64,000 nucleotides of DNA, from assembly GCA_018434325.1 (NCBI GenBank), contig JAHDPO010000006.1, forward strand, positions 31,668-95,667, in the 5' to 3' direction. Made by a program: the position numbers and the translations under genes. Each line of letters starts with the position of its first letter. The stretch's first letter is position 1. Positions 53,807 through 63,509 of the stretch are shown piece after piece. The DNA comes from Clostridia bacterium (lineage in GTDB: Bacteria; Bacillota; Peptococcia; DRI-13; UBA5745). Under the pieces are notes generated by a model. It ran no database searches, had not been told where the DNA came from, and saw nothing but the letters and a program-made list of their open reading frames with translations.

Positions 53807-54280
53807 CTACCGGATTTCTTCCAGCTGGTATTTGATAACGCCGGCAGGTACCTGCACGTCAAATACATCGCCTTTTTTGTGGCCTAAAATAGCCGCTCCT
53901 ACCGGGCTTTCATTGGAAATCCGGTTATTCATGGGATTGGCCTCGGCAGCGCCAACAATGATGTACTCTACGGTTTCATTGTACTCCAAGTCTTTCAGCA
54001 AAACGGTGGAGCCTAAGGTCACTTGAGTCTGCCCTTCTTCGGTATCCTCAATAACCTTGACGTTGCGCAGCATCTTCTCCAAGGTCAGAATCCTGCCCTC
54101 GATAAAGGCCTGCTCGTTTTTGGCGTCCTCATATTCGGAATTCTCACTGATGTCGCCGAACTCGATGGCTTGCTTGATCCGCTCGGCCACTTCCCGGCGT
54201 CTGACGGTTTTCAAGCTCTCTAATTCCTGTTCCAGCTTGAGCAGACCCTCTTTGGTCAAGACTACCTCTTTTTCTTTCAT
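53807..54280 (-). CDS. greA: Transcription elongation factor GreA
   Basis: Start moved to [12 protein letters not shown]. Motifs [10 protein letters not shown] and the C-terminal [18 protein letters not shown]. Confidence 0.9.
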   Translation of the reverse strand: MKEKEVVLTKEGLLKLEQELESLKTVRRREVAERIKQAIEFGDISENSEYEDAKNEQAFIEGRILTLEKMLRNVKVIEDTEEGQTQVTLGSTVLLKDLEYNETVEYIIVGAAEANPMNNRISNESPVGAAILGHKKGDVFDVQVPAGVIKYQLEEIR

Positions 54281-54433
54281 TTCTCCTAACACCCCGTCTT
54301 CCGTCAGTTTTAACAGAATAATATCTATACAAATTAACAATAGCACTGGATAGGCCAGTGCAAGTTATCGCCATTTACATACCATTGTCTTCCTGTGTTG
54401 CATGCTCATAAATATCTGTAAAATCTCCCGATA

Positions 54434-54462
54434 ATTATATCCGCAGTACCCAGCTTTGTCAA
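54434..54462 (-). promoter_or_regulatory. Perfect-consensus sigma-A promoter upstream of greA
   Basis: Minus strand TTGACA (54462-54457), a 17-bp spacer, then TATAAT (54439-54434). This implies a ~145-nt greA leader containing the hairpin CACTGG-cctat-CCAGTG. Confidence 0.7.
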
Positions 54463-54535
54463 GGAAAAGCCAAGGCTGTTGCCTTGTCGGCTATTGTCCT
54501 TGCAAGGCGAGACGTACATTTTGGGAGAAATGGCG

Positions 54536-55453
54536 CTAGCCCACCCGGCAGCCTGCCCGCTGTAAGGCTGTTGCCAAATCCAGCAGCTCTTCCAGGCATT
54601 CCCGGGCCGGCCGTTTCTGCAGCAACTGCCACAGCTTGGGGGAGCGGCAATACAAAAGAACCTCAGCCTGCACCGGCGTAAGCCTTCGAGGCTCACCTTT
54701 TATATAAAAGGCCGTCTCGCTATAAGTGAGATTCTCTCCGCCGGCCAGGCAGCGGCCCTTAGTCAAGTCCAGCAGCATAACTCCCGGTGCTTTTTCCTGA
54801 TCAAACTTTTCTAACGCCTCCCGGCAGCCTTCTGCCTCAGCCTGCGGCCGGTTGCCGATAATTGTGCCGGTCCGGTAGCCCGCCTGCTTTTGCCAAAGCT
54901 CCAGTTCCGGCCAGGGATAGCCCCAAAAAATCAGGCTATTTGCTTGTCGGCAAAGCCAATCCAGCAACGCTCTGGGCAGCATGCCCGCCGCCCGGCATCT
55001 TCCGGGCAAAATAACTTGAATTTGGCGGGGATTTTGCCGTTTCACCTTTTCCATGGCCCAATAAATCAATAAATTTTTACCGTCAATATAGGTTTTCCCC
55101 GCCTTTTGCAATTCTTGGCGGCACTGCTCCTCGCCGCCAAAATCCTCGATTATTTGAGAAGCAAATCCCAGGGCTTTGGCCTGCAGCAATAAAGGCTCTT
55201 GCCAATGGGCAGCCAGGTTTGGCGGCTGCGGCAGCCGGCCGGAATCGTTAGCCTGAGACTGCCGGGCAATCCGGGGCAGCCGGTGCCAGCACAGCCACCA
55301 CTCCACTTCGCCAAACGCAGTACAGTGCCGGCTGAAGGCCAGCCTTTCGGCAGCTCCGGGCAATAAAAAAGCCGGCCAATAGCGGCCCAGGGGCAGCTTG
55401 GCTCTGATGCTTTTTTCATCATGAAGATAAGATAAGTAAATTGCCTGGCTCAT
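54536..55453 (-). CDS. Hypothetical Trp/Arg-rich protein (about 306 aa)
   Basis: Long ORF between dusB and greA. Start set at MSQAIYLSYL because the longer N-terminal extension runs into the TIR element at 55549. No family recognised. Confidence 0.5.
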   Translation of the reverse strand: MSQAIYLSYLHDEKSIRAKLPLGRYWPAFLLPGAAERLAFSRHCTAFGEVEWWLCWHRLPRIARQSQANDSGRLPQPPNLAAHWQEPLLLQAKALGFASQIIEDFGGEEQCRQELQKAGKTYIDGKNLLIYWAMEKVKRQNPRQIQVILPGRCRAAGMLPRALLDWLCRQANSLIFWGYPWPELELWQKQAGYRTGTIIGNRPQAEAEGCREALEKFDQEKAPGVMLLDLTKGRCLAGGENLTYSETAFYIKGEPRRLTPVQAEVLLYCRSPKLWQLLQKRPARECLEELLDLATALQRAGCRVG

Positions 55454-55548
55454 GGCATAGTTTATGTGGCTGCCAGACAGCCTATGCCGAAAACTCAAAA
55501 TGATCCGGAGCAAGCCGCGTCTGTGGCTGTGTGGAGGTCGCTGAAAAA

Positions 55549-55696
55549 TGAGCAAAATTGCAAGTTTAAAGTGTCAGGACACTGTTTTGGAGGATGTATT
55601 TGACTTCATTTTACCGTATTCGGCTATATCTAGTGCATCTACAAGAGAACAGACCATATTTTGAATAGGCGGCACACTTTAAACCTGCAATTTTGC
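55549..55696. mobile_element. MITE-like TIR element, copy 3
   Basis: Left tgagcaaaattgcaagtttaaagtgtc, right ggcacactttaaacctgcaattttgc. It is in inverted orientation relative to copy 1 (its right end equals the reverse complement of the copy 1 left end, including ggcggcacac). Internal patches (tgtttt..gatgtattt, attcggc) are shared with copy 1. Confidence 0.65.
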
Positions 55697-55768
55697 GTAT
55701 TTATCTGAGACCTGGCAACTTTTTCAAGGACCTCGGTTGCCTTAGTTGCTCCAGTCGCCTTAGTTGCC

Positions 55769-56767
55769 CTAGGCTTCTCTTGGGTAGCTGCGCAGAATAG
55801 CCTCCGCTTCCGCCAAGGTCCGGCAATGAAATAGCTTCTCTTTTAACGGCGCCGTCCGAGGCAAGCCTTTGAGATACCAAGCCAGGTGCTTGCGCATTTC
55901 CGGTATGCCCTTGGTCTCCCCTTTGCGCTCCACCAGCCGGCGGCAATGCTCCAAAGCCATAGCGATTTTCTCTTCTCTGCCGGGCTCCCGGCCCTCATCG
56001 CCTGTCAGCAAGAATGTAGCTATACGGCCCGGCAGCCAGGGATTGCCTAAAGCCCCCCGTCCCACCATGACGCCGTCACAGCCCGTCTCCTCCAGCAGCC
56101 GGCGGGCGTCTTTAGGGCCCCAGACATCGCCGTTGCCGATGACCGGCACCTGCACCGCCTCCTTGACCCGCAGGATCTGCTGCCAATCAGCCCGGCCGCT
56201 GTAATACTGCTCTCTGGTGCGGCCGTGAACGGCGATCATAGCAGCCCCCGCCGCCTCCATCCGCAAGGCGAATTCCGGCACCACCAGATGATCGCTGTCC
56301 ATGCCCAGGCGAATTTTTACCGTCACCGGAATAGTCACCGCCGCCGCCATCGCCTCCACAATCCGGGCTGCCAGCTGCGGATTTTCCAGCAAGGCCGAGC
56401 CCTCGCCATTTTTCACCACTTTAGGAACGGGGCAGCCCATATTAACATCCACGAAGGCAGCGCCCTGGGCCGCCGCAGTCTGAGCTGCCGCCGCCATCAC
56501 CTCCGGCTCAGAACCAAAAATCTGCACTCCCACCGGGCCGGTCTCACCGCTGATATCCAGCAGGGCTTGAGTTTTAACATTGCGATATGACAGCGCCTTG
56601 GCGCTGACCATTTCCGTATAAAGCAAAACCGGCCCCTGCTCTTTGGCTAACTCACGGAAGGTTTTATCGGTGATGCCGGCCATGGGCGCCAGGGCGACAG
56701 GATTATCTTTCAAAATATCGGCGATATCCGCCAGATTCTTTTCTTTTAGCTGATTACCAGACAGCAA
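55769..56767 (-). CDS. dusB: tRNA-dihydrouridine synthase B
   Basis: 332 aa. LAPMAGITD, DVNMGCP and HGRT motifs. Confidence 0.9.
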   Translation of the reverse strand: MLSGNQLKEKNLADIADILKDNPVALAPMAGITDKTFRELAKEQGPVLLYTEMVSAKALSYRNVKTQALLDISGETGPVGVQIFGSEPEVMAAAAQTAAAQGAAFVDVNMGCPVPKVVKNGEGSALLENPQLAARIVEAMAAAVTIPVTVKIRLGMDSDHLVVPEFALRMEAAGAAMIAVHGRTREQYYSGRADWQQILRVKEAVQVPVIGNGDVWGPKDARRLLEETGCDGVMVGRGALGNPWLPGRIATFLLTGDEGREPGREEKIAMALEHCRRLVERKGETKGIPEMRKHLAWYLKGLPRTAPLKEKLFHCRTLAEAEAILRSYPREA

Positions 56768-56797
56768 AATTTTCTCCTTTTCTCCATATCACTGCTT

Positions 56798-58411
56798 TTA
56801 CCAGGCGGCAACGCAGCCGTCGGTACGGTATTCGCTGCCGCCGCAGAGGACGCCCTGGCCATCACGCCAAATGATTTGCCCCCTGCCGAAGCTGCGGTTG
56901 TGGGGCGCGTAGCGGATGTCATGGCCCTTGGCTGCTAAAGCCGCTGCCAGCTCTTGAGGGAAGCTGGGTTCCACCAATATGGTTTTGCCCTCCGTCCATT
57001 GCCAGCGGAAGCCGTCCAAAGCCTGCTGGGGATTCAGATGGAAATCCAAGGTATTCATCACCATCTGCACATGGCCCTGGGGCTGCATGTAAGCGCCCAT
57101 GACGCCAAAGGGGCCTACGGCCTGTCCATCCTTGGTGAGGAAGCCGGGTATGATGGTATGGTAAGGCTTCTTCTCCGGCCCGACGCAGTTTTCCGATGCC
57201 GGATCCATATAGAAATTCGTGCCCCGGTTATGCAGGGCAATGCCGGTGCCCGGTACTACCACGCCGGAACCGAAGCCCCGGTAATTGCTTTGGATATAGG
57301 AAACCATATTGCCCTGGCTGTCGGCGGTACAGAGATAGACCGTGCCCGCTCCTTCCGGCTTGCCCGGTACGGGGTCCTGAGCCTCGGCAGTGATCAGGCT
57401 GCGGCGTTGGGCTGCAAAATCCTCAGCCAAAAGCTGATCGGCCGTTAGCTTCATCATCCGGGGATCGGCAATGTACCTTTTACCATCGGCAAAAGCCAGC
57501 TTCATGGCTTCCAATTGGCAATGGATAGTTTCCACGTTATCCCGTTCAGCAAACTCCATGCCCTTCAATATATTCAGCGCCATTAAGGCCACAATACCGT
57601 GACCGTTGGGGGGAATCTCCCAGACGTCATAGCCCCGGTAATTGACGGAAATCGGCTCCACCCATTCCGGCCGATAAGCTTCCAGGTCTTCTTTGCGGAT
57701 CAGACCGCCGGTGGCCCGGGAAAACTGATCAATGGCCTCCGCCAGACCGCCTTTATAGAAAGCCTGGCCTTTGGTTCTGGCGATTTCCCGCAGCGTGCCG
57801 CCATGATAAGGGCTGCGCCAAATCTCACCGGCCCGGGGCGTCCTGTCCCCGGGAGCAAAGACTTTAAACCATTCCTGGAATTCCGGGGCTGCCCCCTCTT
57901 TTTTGTACAAGTTATACGCTTCTTTCCAAAGAACGGAGATCACCGGCGATACGGGGTAGCCTTCGTCGGCATAACCGGCAGCGGGCTCCACCACCTCTTC
58001 CAAAGACAACCTCCCGAACTTCTCCGATAAGCTGGCCCAACCCGCCGGCAGGCCCGGCACCGTCACCGGAACCCAGCCGGTAAAAGGCATAGCTTGATAG
58101 CCCCGCTTCAAAACTTCTTCACGATTAAGTGCCTTAGGCGAAGGGCCGCTGGCATTAAGGCCGTGGAGCTTGCCGCCGGTCCAAACCAGGGCAAAGCAAT
58201 CACCGCCGATGCCGTTGGAGGTAGGCTCCAGCACCGTCAGCGCCGCTGCCGTAGCAATAGCCGCGTCTACCGCATTGCCGCCTTTTTTCAGGATGTCAAG
58301 GCCGGCCTGGGCAGCCAGAGGCTGGGAGGTGCAAACCATACCCTTTTTGCCGTAGACCGGTCTTCTTACCGCTCCATAAGTTTCCTGCAAGGGATCAAAC
58401 TGTAGTGTCAT
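56798..58411 (-). CDS. ggt: Gamma-glutamyltransferase family protein (no signal peptide)
   Basis: 537 aa. GGNAVDAAIA, a Thr nucleophile context (GAGTVYL), and GGSEYRTDG near the C-terminus. Confidence 0.85.
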   Translation of the reverse strand: MTLQFDPLQETYGAVRRPVYGKKGMVCTSQPLAAQAGLDILKKGGNAVDAAIATAAALTVLEPTSNGIGGDCFALVWTGGKLHGLNASGPSPKALNREEVLKRGYQAMPFTGWVPVTVPGLPAGWASLSEKFGRLSLEEVVEPAAGYADEGYPVSPVISVLWKEAYNLYKKEGAAPEFQEWFKVFAPGDRTPRAGEIWRSPYHGGTLREIARTKGQAFYKGGLAEAIDQFSRATGGLIRKEDLEAYRPEWVEPISVNYRGYDVWEIPPNGHGIVALMALNILKGMEFAERDNVETIHCQLEAMKLAFADGKRYIADPRMMKLTADQLLAEDFAAQRRSLITAEAQDPVPGKPEGAGTVYLCTADSQGNMVSYIQSNYRGFGSGVVVPGTGIALHNRGTNFYMDPASENCVGPEKKPYHTIIPGFLTKDGQAVGPFGVMGAYMQPQGHVQMVMNTLDFHLNPQQALDGFRWQWTEGKTILVEPSFPQELAAALAAKGHDIRYAPHNRSFGRGQIIWRDGQGVLCGGSEYRTDGCVAAW

Positions 58412-58413
58412 TC

Positions 58414-59187
58414 TTATCGTTCCTTCCGGTTTCTATTATAGATCAGCCGCAGTCCTTCTAAGGTCAAATTGTTATCCACCAGCTGGATGGTCTCCGATTC
58501 CTCGGCGATTACCTCGGCCATGCCGCCGGTGGCAATTACCCGGGGCTTGGCTCCCAGCTCTTTGATCAAACGGTGGACTATACCATCCACCAGGCCGATA
58601 TAGCCGTAAATCAGGCCCGACTGCATGCTGACCACCGTATTGCGGCCAATAACCTGCTTAGGCTTCACCAGCTCGATGCGGGGCAGCTTAGCGGCCCGCT
58701 GAAACAGCGCTTCCGCCGAAATACCGATGCCGGGGCTGATGACGCCCCCCAGATAACGGCCTTCTTCATCAATGACGCAAAAGGTGGTGGCCGTGCCGAA
58801 ATCAATAATGATCAAGGGGCCGCCGTAGTGTTCAAAACCGGCTACGGCGTTGACGATCCGGTCTGCTCCCACCTCTCTGGGATTATCGTAGAGTATGGGC
58901 AAACCGGTTTTGATGCCGGGGCCTACTACCAGGGGCTCAAGGCCGAAGCACTGGCGGACCATTCGCTCCAGGGTGGGCATAATCGGCGGCACCACAGAGG
59001 AAAGGATAACGGCGGAAATATCGCCGGGACTCATCTGCGCATAGAATAAAAACGACCTGATCTTGATCTCGTATTCGTCGGCAGTCTGGTTGCGGTCCGT
59101 GGCCAGCCGCCAGGCATGAAGCAAAGTCTCATCTTTGAACACGCCCATGACGATGTTGGTATTTCCCACATCAAAAACTAAAAGCAT
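58414..59187 (-). CDS. coaX: Type III pantothenate kinase
   Basis: [22 protein letters not shown] and GGMA motifs. Confidence 0.9.
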   Translation of the reverse strand: MLLVFDVGNTNIVMGVFKDETLLHAWRLATDRNQTADEYEIKIRSFLFYAQMSPGDISAVILSSVVPPIMPTLERMVRQCFGLEPLVVGPGIKTGLPILYDNPREVGADRIVNAVAGFEHYGGPLIIIDFGTATTFCVIDEEGRYLGGVISPGIGISAEALFQRAAKLPRIELVKPKQVIGRNTVVSMQSGLIYGYIGLVDGIVHRLIKELGAKPRVIATGGMAEVIAEESETIQLVDNNLTLEGLRLIYNRNRKER

Positions 59188-59221
59188 AGGGGGCTCCTCC
59201 TATAGCAAGATAATTAAGGTA

Positions 59222-60913
59222 TTATCTTAATGCCGTGAAAAAATTCAGGAAAGCCAGCAAAACGCCGGTAAGGCTTTCGCCACCGAAAACGCCGGAGGCC
59301 AGAATCATGCCTTTGTCCTGGCTTTTGGGCCAAAGCCTGTCGGTGATCCAGCGAATAACGCCGCCGATGAAGATAGCAGCAGAAAAGGCGAAAGGCAGGT
59401 ATAAGCCGATGCCTAAAGTGGTGGCCGGCAAACCGAAAAAGCACAAAGCTGCACCGGCGATGGCGCCGCTCCAAAACACCAAGGGATCAAAAGCGCTGTT
59501 AACCATGGAAAAAACCAGCCTGGCCTGAGGCGCCGGCAAAGCGTCGGAAAAAACCGGCCCAAATTGGCCGATGACTACAAATAAAGTAAAGCTGGCTACC
59601 ACAGCCCCAAGCAGGCCACCCACGGCCTGGGAGATCAGCTGCTCCTTGGGATTGGTGCCGATGATCTGGCCCGCCCGATAGTCAAACATGGTATCGCCGG
59701 CAAAGCCGCTGGCCACCGCCACCACTGCCGCTACCATCAGGCTGGACTGCCACTGGGGTTTAAATAAGAAAGCCGCCCCCATCATGACAATTATGCCAAA
59801 GATCTCCATAGGATCAATGCCGGACTCGCCGGTGACCAGACAAGCCATCAGCGTCATCAAAAACGTACCGGCTATCACAAATAAGCTGAGGGAAAAGCCC
59901 ATGCCGGCGCCGAAGCAGGCCAGGACCGCACCTACGGCCGCTAAGAGCAGCCAGCTCATGCTGCCGGAAAAGCCTCTCTTATCAAGAGGCCGTTGACCTA
60001 AAGCCGCCGGCCCGGCGCCGCCTTGGTCCGCCTGGCGTCCGGCTTGTCCTCTCTCTTTGATCTGGCTATGGAAAAACCGCAGCAGAGTTCCTAAACCGGC
60101 GCCCACCATAAGCCCCAGGCCCAGGGTATCTTTGAATGACGCCGCTGCGGCGGCATCGGCAAAAAATCCCCAAGCTACGCCAAAGGGCACGATAGCGAAA
60201 TAGGCCAGCAAAGCCCCGCCAAACAGCACCGCCGTATAAATGCCGCCAATCATGTAACCGATGGCCGGCGCCATGGGGTAAAGCATAACGCCGACCTGGA
60301 TGCCGGCGGCTCCCGGCAGCGTGTAGCTGATAAACTGAGGGATTTTCCCCAGGAAATCCCGGATAAACGTAAATATGGCGCTAATAGCCAGAGAAATTGC
60401 CAGCAGCTTGCCTTTACTGCCGCCGGCGTCGCCGCTCTTTATGGTTTCCGCCGCCGCCATGCCGATGGGAAAGGGCAGCTTTCTTTGCTCCAGCAGCATG
60501 GGCCGCCAGTACCAGGTCAGGGCCAGGCCCAGACACAGACCGGCCAGAGCGATCAACAGCACCGGCAGAAAAAAGCTGGAGAGCTGAGGTGCTTGGCCCT
60601 CCGCCCACAAGCCGGGCAAGGTAAAAGCCATTCCGCCGGCGATCATGGCGCCGGCAGTCATGGCAGTTTGGGTCACATTAATTTCGTTTAAGTTGGTATT
60701 GCCCATCAGCTTCAATATGCTCATGGCGGCAATCGAAGCAAAAACCGTAGGCCAGGGCAGCGCTCCCATTCGTAAGGCCACATAAAGAGAGCTGGCCGTC
60801 AATAATGCAGAGCCTAAAGCGCCCCAAATCAGGGCCCGAAGGGTAAGTCCCGGGGAAAACCGTGCTTGCTCCCCCTGTGTTGATTGCTGGTTAGTCCTTG
60901 GCTTGTTTGTCAT
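59222..60913 (-). CDS. OPT-family oligopeptide transporter
   Basis: About 563 aa, polytopic. Start moved to MTNKPRTNQ (AAAGGAAG upstream). The Gly-rich TM pattern is typical of the OPT superfamily. Confidence 0.7.
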   Translation of the reverse strand: MTNKPRTNQQSTQGEQARFSPGLTLRALIWGALGSALLTASSLYVALRMGALPWPTVFASIAAMSILKLMGNTNLNEINVTQTAMTAGAMIAGGMAFTLPGLWAEGQAPQLSSFFLPVLLIALAGLCLGLALTWYWRPMLLEQRKLPFPIGMAAAETIKSGDAGGSKGKLLAISLAISAIFTFIRDFLGKIPQFISYTLPGAAGIQVGVMLYPMAPAIGYMIGGIYTAVLFGGALLAYFAIVPFGVAWGFFADAAAAASFKDTLGLGLMVGAGLGTLLRFFHSQIKERGQAGRQADQGGAGPAALGQRPLDKRGFSGSMSWLLLAAVGAVLACFGAGMGFSLSLFVIAGTFLMTLMACLVTGESGIDPMEIFGIIVMMGAAFLFKPQWQSSLMVAAVVAVASGFAGDTMFDYRAGQIIGTNPKEQLISQAVGGLLGAVVASFTLFVVIGQFGPVFSDALPAPQARLVFSMVNSAFDPLVFWSGAIAGAALCFFGLPATTLGIGLYLPFAFSAAIFIGGVIRWITDRLWPKSQDKGMILASGVFGGESLTGVLLAFLNFFTALR

Positions 60914-60937
60914 GAAAATCTTCCTTTCTGCAGGCCC

Positions 60938-60989
60938 AAAAAAATGCCCCGGCCACCAAAGTTGCCGAAGGCTGTTGTTTTCGGGCATC
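60938..60989 (-). terminator. Possible leader attenuator upstream of the OPT transporter gene
   Basis: RNA sense AUGCCC...GGGCAU stem enclosing a GCC-uuc-GGC mini-hairpin, followed by U7, located ~25 nt before the SD. Confidence 0.35.
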
Positions 60990-61148
60990 TTTGTCTCAGT
61001 CCCATCCTTAGGATCCAAGCATACCTGTAGTTGAAGGGTGCCTATGTAATTGTCCTTTGCCCTTCCCGGCTGCGGGCTAATGTGCCCCAGGGCAGGCTTT
61101 TCTTAAAAACCCGGTATAGGATTCCTGCCGGCTATCGGCTGCCGCCTT

Positions 61149-61676
61149 TCAGATATCCTTACCTTGCCCCTCTATTTCCCCGGTAATATTCATCTTAACA
61201 TCCGCCGCCGCAATTTTCAATACTATGCCCTCATGTATCCACGGCAGATTCCACTTGGCTAATAAGTCTCTATCCATCTCCCCTAAAGGCCCCAGGACAA
61301 AAGCCCTTTCCGCCATGCGGGAATGGGGTACAGTCAATTCCGGCCAATCAATGATTAAATCGTCGATCAGCAGGATATCCACATCGAGGGTACGGGGCCC
61401 CCAGCGCAGAGTTCTTTGCCGTTTATATGCCTTTTCAGCCTGCCGGCAAATTTCCAGCAGCGCAAGGGGCTCAAGGCTCGTCCTGCAATGGACCGCCATA
61501 TTGTAAAACGACGGCTGTTCCGTATAGCCTACGGGCTCCGTCTCATAAATACCGGAGCAATTGCGCAATTCCAAGCCATTGGCCAATAAAAAAGCCAGCC
61601 CTCCCATTAAATGCTCATAACGGTCGCCCAGATTGCTGCCCAGGGATAGCCAGACATCATGGATTGGTTCGGACAA
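61149..61676 (-). CDS. folK: 2-amino-4-hydroxy-6-hydroxymethyldihydropteridine diphosphokinase
   Basis: 175 aa. LGSNLGD, RWGPRTLDVDIL and PH.R...R.FVL motifs. Confidence 0.9.
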   Translation of the reverse strand: MSEPIHDVWLSLGSNLGDRYEHLMGGLAFLLANGLELRNCSGIYETEPVGYTEQPSFYNMAVHCRTSLEPLALLEICRQAEKAYKRQRTLRWGPRTLDVDILLIDDLIIDWPELTVPHSRMAERAFVLGPLGEMDRDLLAKWNLPWIHEGIVLKIAAADVKMNITGEIEGQGKDI

Positions 61677-61688
61677 ATCGCTCCCTCC

Positions 61689-62075
61689 TTACGCCATTTG
61701 ACTGCGGCTGCGGGTAAGCTCCACCGCCGCATAATCCAGAGGCCCCCCTAAAGGCGCCTGAGGTTTTTTCAGCAAAACCTTAACGGCTTCTATTTGCCTG
61801 AAGGTAAAGCAAGCCTTGATTACCGCCTGGGCTAAAGCTTCAATGAGGGCAAAGGAGGGGCCTTCCACCACAGCCTTGATCTGCTGATAAACTTCAGCAT
61901 AGCTTAAGGTATCGTTGAGATCATCGCTGGCGGCAGCTTTGGACAAATCTATACTCATTTCCAGATCCACCACAAACCACTGACCCAGCTCCAATTCAGC
62001 GCTTAGACAGCCGTGGCGGCCGTAAAACCGCATGCCCTTGAGAATAATTTTATCGCTGATTACCGCATTCTCCAT
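61689..62075 (-). CDS. folB: Dihydroneopterin aldolase
   Basis: 128 aa. D.I.L.G..F.G.HG....E...GQ.F.VDL and TL.Y..V motifs. Confidence 0.9.
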   Translation of the reverse strand: MENAVISDKIILKGMRFYGRHGCLSAELELGQWFVVDLEMSIDLSKAAASDDLNDTLSYAEVYQQIKAVVEGPSFALIEALAQAVIKACFTFRQIEAVKVLLKKPQAPLGGPLDYAAVELTRSRSQMA

Positions 62076-62077
62076 CC

Positions 62078-63013
62078 TTAGACCTCCTTTTCACTGCCGG
62101 CTAAAGCCTTGACCATTCTCAAGGCTTCCACCGTTTCCTTCACGTCATGAACCCTTACAAAAGCCACGCCGCCAAGGGCCGCCCAAACCGCAGCCGCCAG
62201 GGAGCCGCCCAGCCGCCCGCCTGCTTCCGGATTGCCGCTGGCCCTGCCGATAAAGCGCTTCCGGGAAGCTCCGATATACACAGGACTGCCTAAAGCCAGC
62301 AATTGCCGGCAATTGTTTAGGATAGTCAAATTCTCGGCGTCGTTTTTACCAAAGCCCAGACCCGGATCCAAAGCAATATACTCCCCGGGCAGACCGGCTT
62401 CCATGTAAAGCTGCCGCAAGGCCCTCAAATCCTCCAGCACCGCCGCCAGGCTGCCCCGTTCCATGCCGGCAGGCCGGTGCATCAAAATCAAGGGCGCCTG
62501 ATGGCGAGCCGCTACTCGAGCCATCTCCGGATTGCCGCCGCTTTCGTCATTCAGCATATGAACCAGGCCCAGGCCCAGCATTTTATCAGCCAGGGCCGGC
62601 TTATCCGTATCCAGCGAAATCAGGGGCCGGGCGGCGGAGCTTGCCTCCTCCGGGCTTGCCGTCTCTGTATGCCGGACTGGGGCTGCCGAAGCCTGCAACG
62701 CTTCCTGCAAGGCCAAAAGCACCGGCAGCACCCGCTTTTCTTCCTCCTCAGCGCTTACGGGCACATGCCCCGGCCGGGTAGATTGCCCTCCGATATCGAT
62801 GATCTGAGCCCCGGCCCGGGCCATAGCCAGGGCCTGGTCTACCGCCGCTGCCGTCTGGAGATAGCGGCCGCCGTCGGAAAAGGAATCCGGCGTCACATTA
62901 AGGATACCGGCCACATAAGGCTGCTCAGGGGGAAATTTCAAGGTCACCCCCGGCCAGCGCCAATACAAAGTCTGTTCTCCAACCTTTTGCGTATGAAACT
63001 GCATTTTATCCAT
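62078..63013 (-). CDS. folP: Dihydropteroate synthase
   Basis: Start moved to MDKMQFHT. GILNVTPDSFSDGG, IIDIGGQSTRPG and DPGLGFGK motifs. Contains an Ala/Ser/Glu-rich insertion. Confidence 0.9.
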   Translation of the reverse strand: MDKMQFHTQKVGEQTLYWRWPGVTLKFPPEQPYVAGILNVTPDSFSDGGRYLQTAAAVDQALAMARAGAQIIDIGGQSTRPGHVPVSAEEEEKRVLPVLLALQEALQASAAPVRHTETASPEEASSAARPLISLDTDKPALADKMLGLGLVHMLNDESGGNPEMARVAARHQAPLILMHRPAGMERGSLAAVLEDLRALRQLYMEAGLPGEYIALDPGLGFGKNDAENLTILNNCRQLLALGSPVYIGASRKRFIGRASGNPEAGGRLGGSLAAAVWAALGGVAFVRVHDVKETVEALRMVKALAGSEKEV

Positions 63014-63110
63014 AGATACCTCTACCCCCAAAAGCCGGCATTTAAGCCGGAAGGGCGCCCCTTCTGTACCTCTTCCAGGTCCATTTTGGGACACCCTTCC
63101 ACCGCTGCAT

Positions 63111-63509
63111 TTATTTCGTTTGCTTCTTCGCTTCAACCTTAGCCAGGAATTTTTCGTTATTGATGATAAATCTTTCGTGGCGGCCTTCGCCAACCAGCTC
63201 CTGCTCATCCCAGGCCTCTACGGCGAACACCAGCCGGCGGCCTTCGACTTCTTCCAGCCGGGCTTTGGCCGTCACCGTCATGCCGATAGGGGTGGCCGCC
63301 TTATGGCTGACTTGAACCAGGGTTCCTACGCTGCCTTGCTCCGGCGTCAGCACCGGCGTCAAGGCATCAACGGCGGCGCCTTCCATTAAAGCGACAAGAT
63401 AGGGTGTGGAAAATACCGGCGCCAACCCGCTGCCAAAGGACAGGGCTGTATTGCTTTCGCTTACCACTACAGACTTTTCACCGGTCAAGCCGGCGGCTAG
63501 TTCCGTCAT
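63111..63509 (-). CDS. Hotdog-fold thioesterase-family protein
   Basis: 132 aa, with a pattern like FlK/YbgC-type small thioesterases (VGT.V.V.H.AATP.G..V.A.A.L.EVEGRRL.F.V.A.D). Confidence 0.65.
   Translation of the reverse strand: MTELAAGLTGEKSVVVSESNTALSFGSGLAPVFSTPYLVALMEGAAVDALTPVLTPEQGSVGTLVQVSHKAATPIGMTVTAKARLEEVEGRRLVFAVEAWDEQELVGEGRHERFIINNEKFLAKVEAKKQTK

Noticed and set aside
60914-61100. Assigning the OPT leader to the T-box or glycine riboswitch class.
   Set aside because: It has AACUUUGGUGG and CCGGGAAGGGCAA-like strings. It lacks the UACCGCG part of the T-box, the AGAGAG and specifier elements, and the GGAGAG boxes of glycine aptamers. I left it unclassified.
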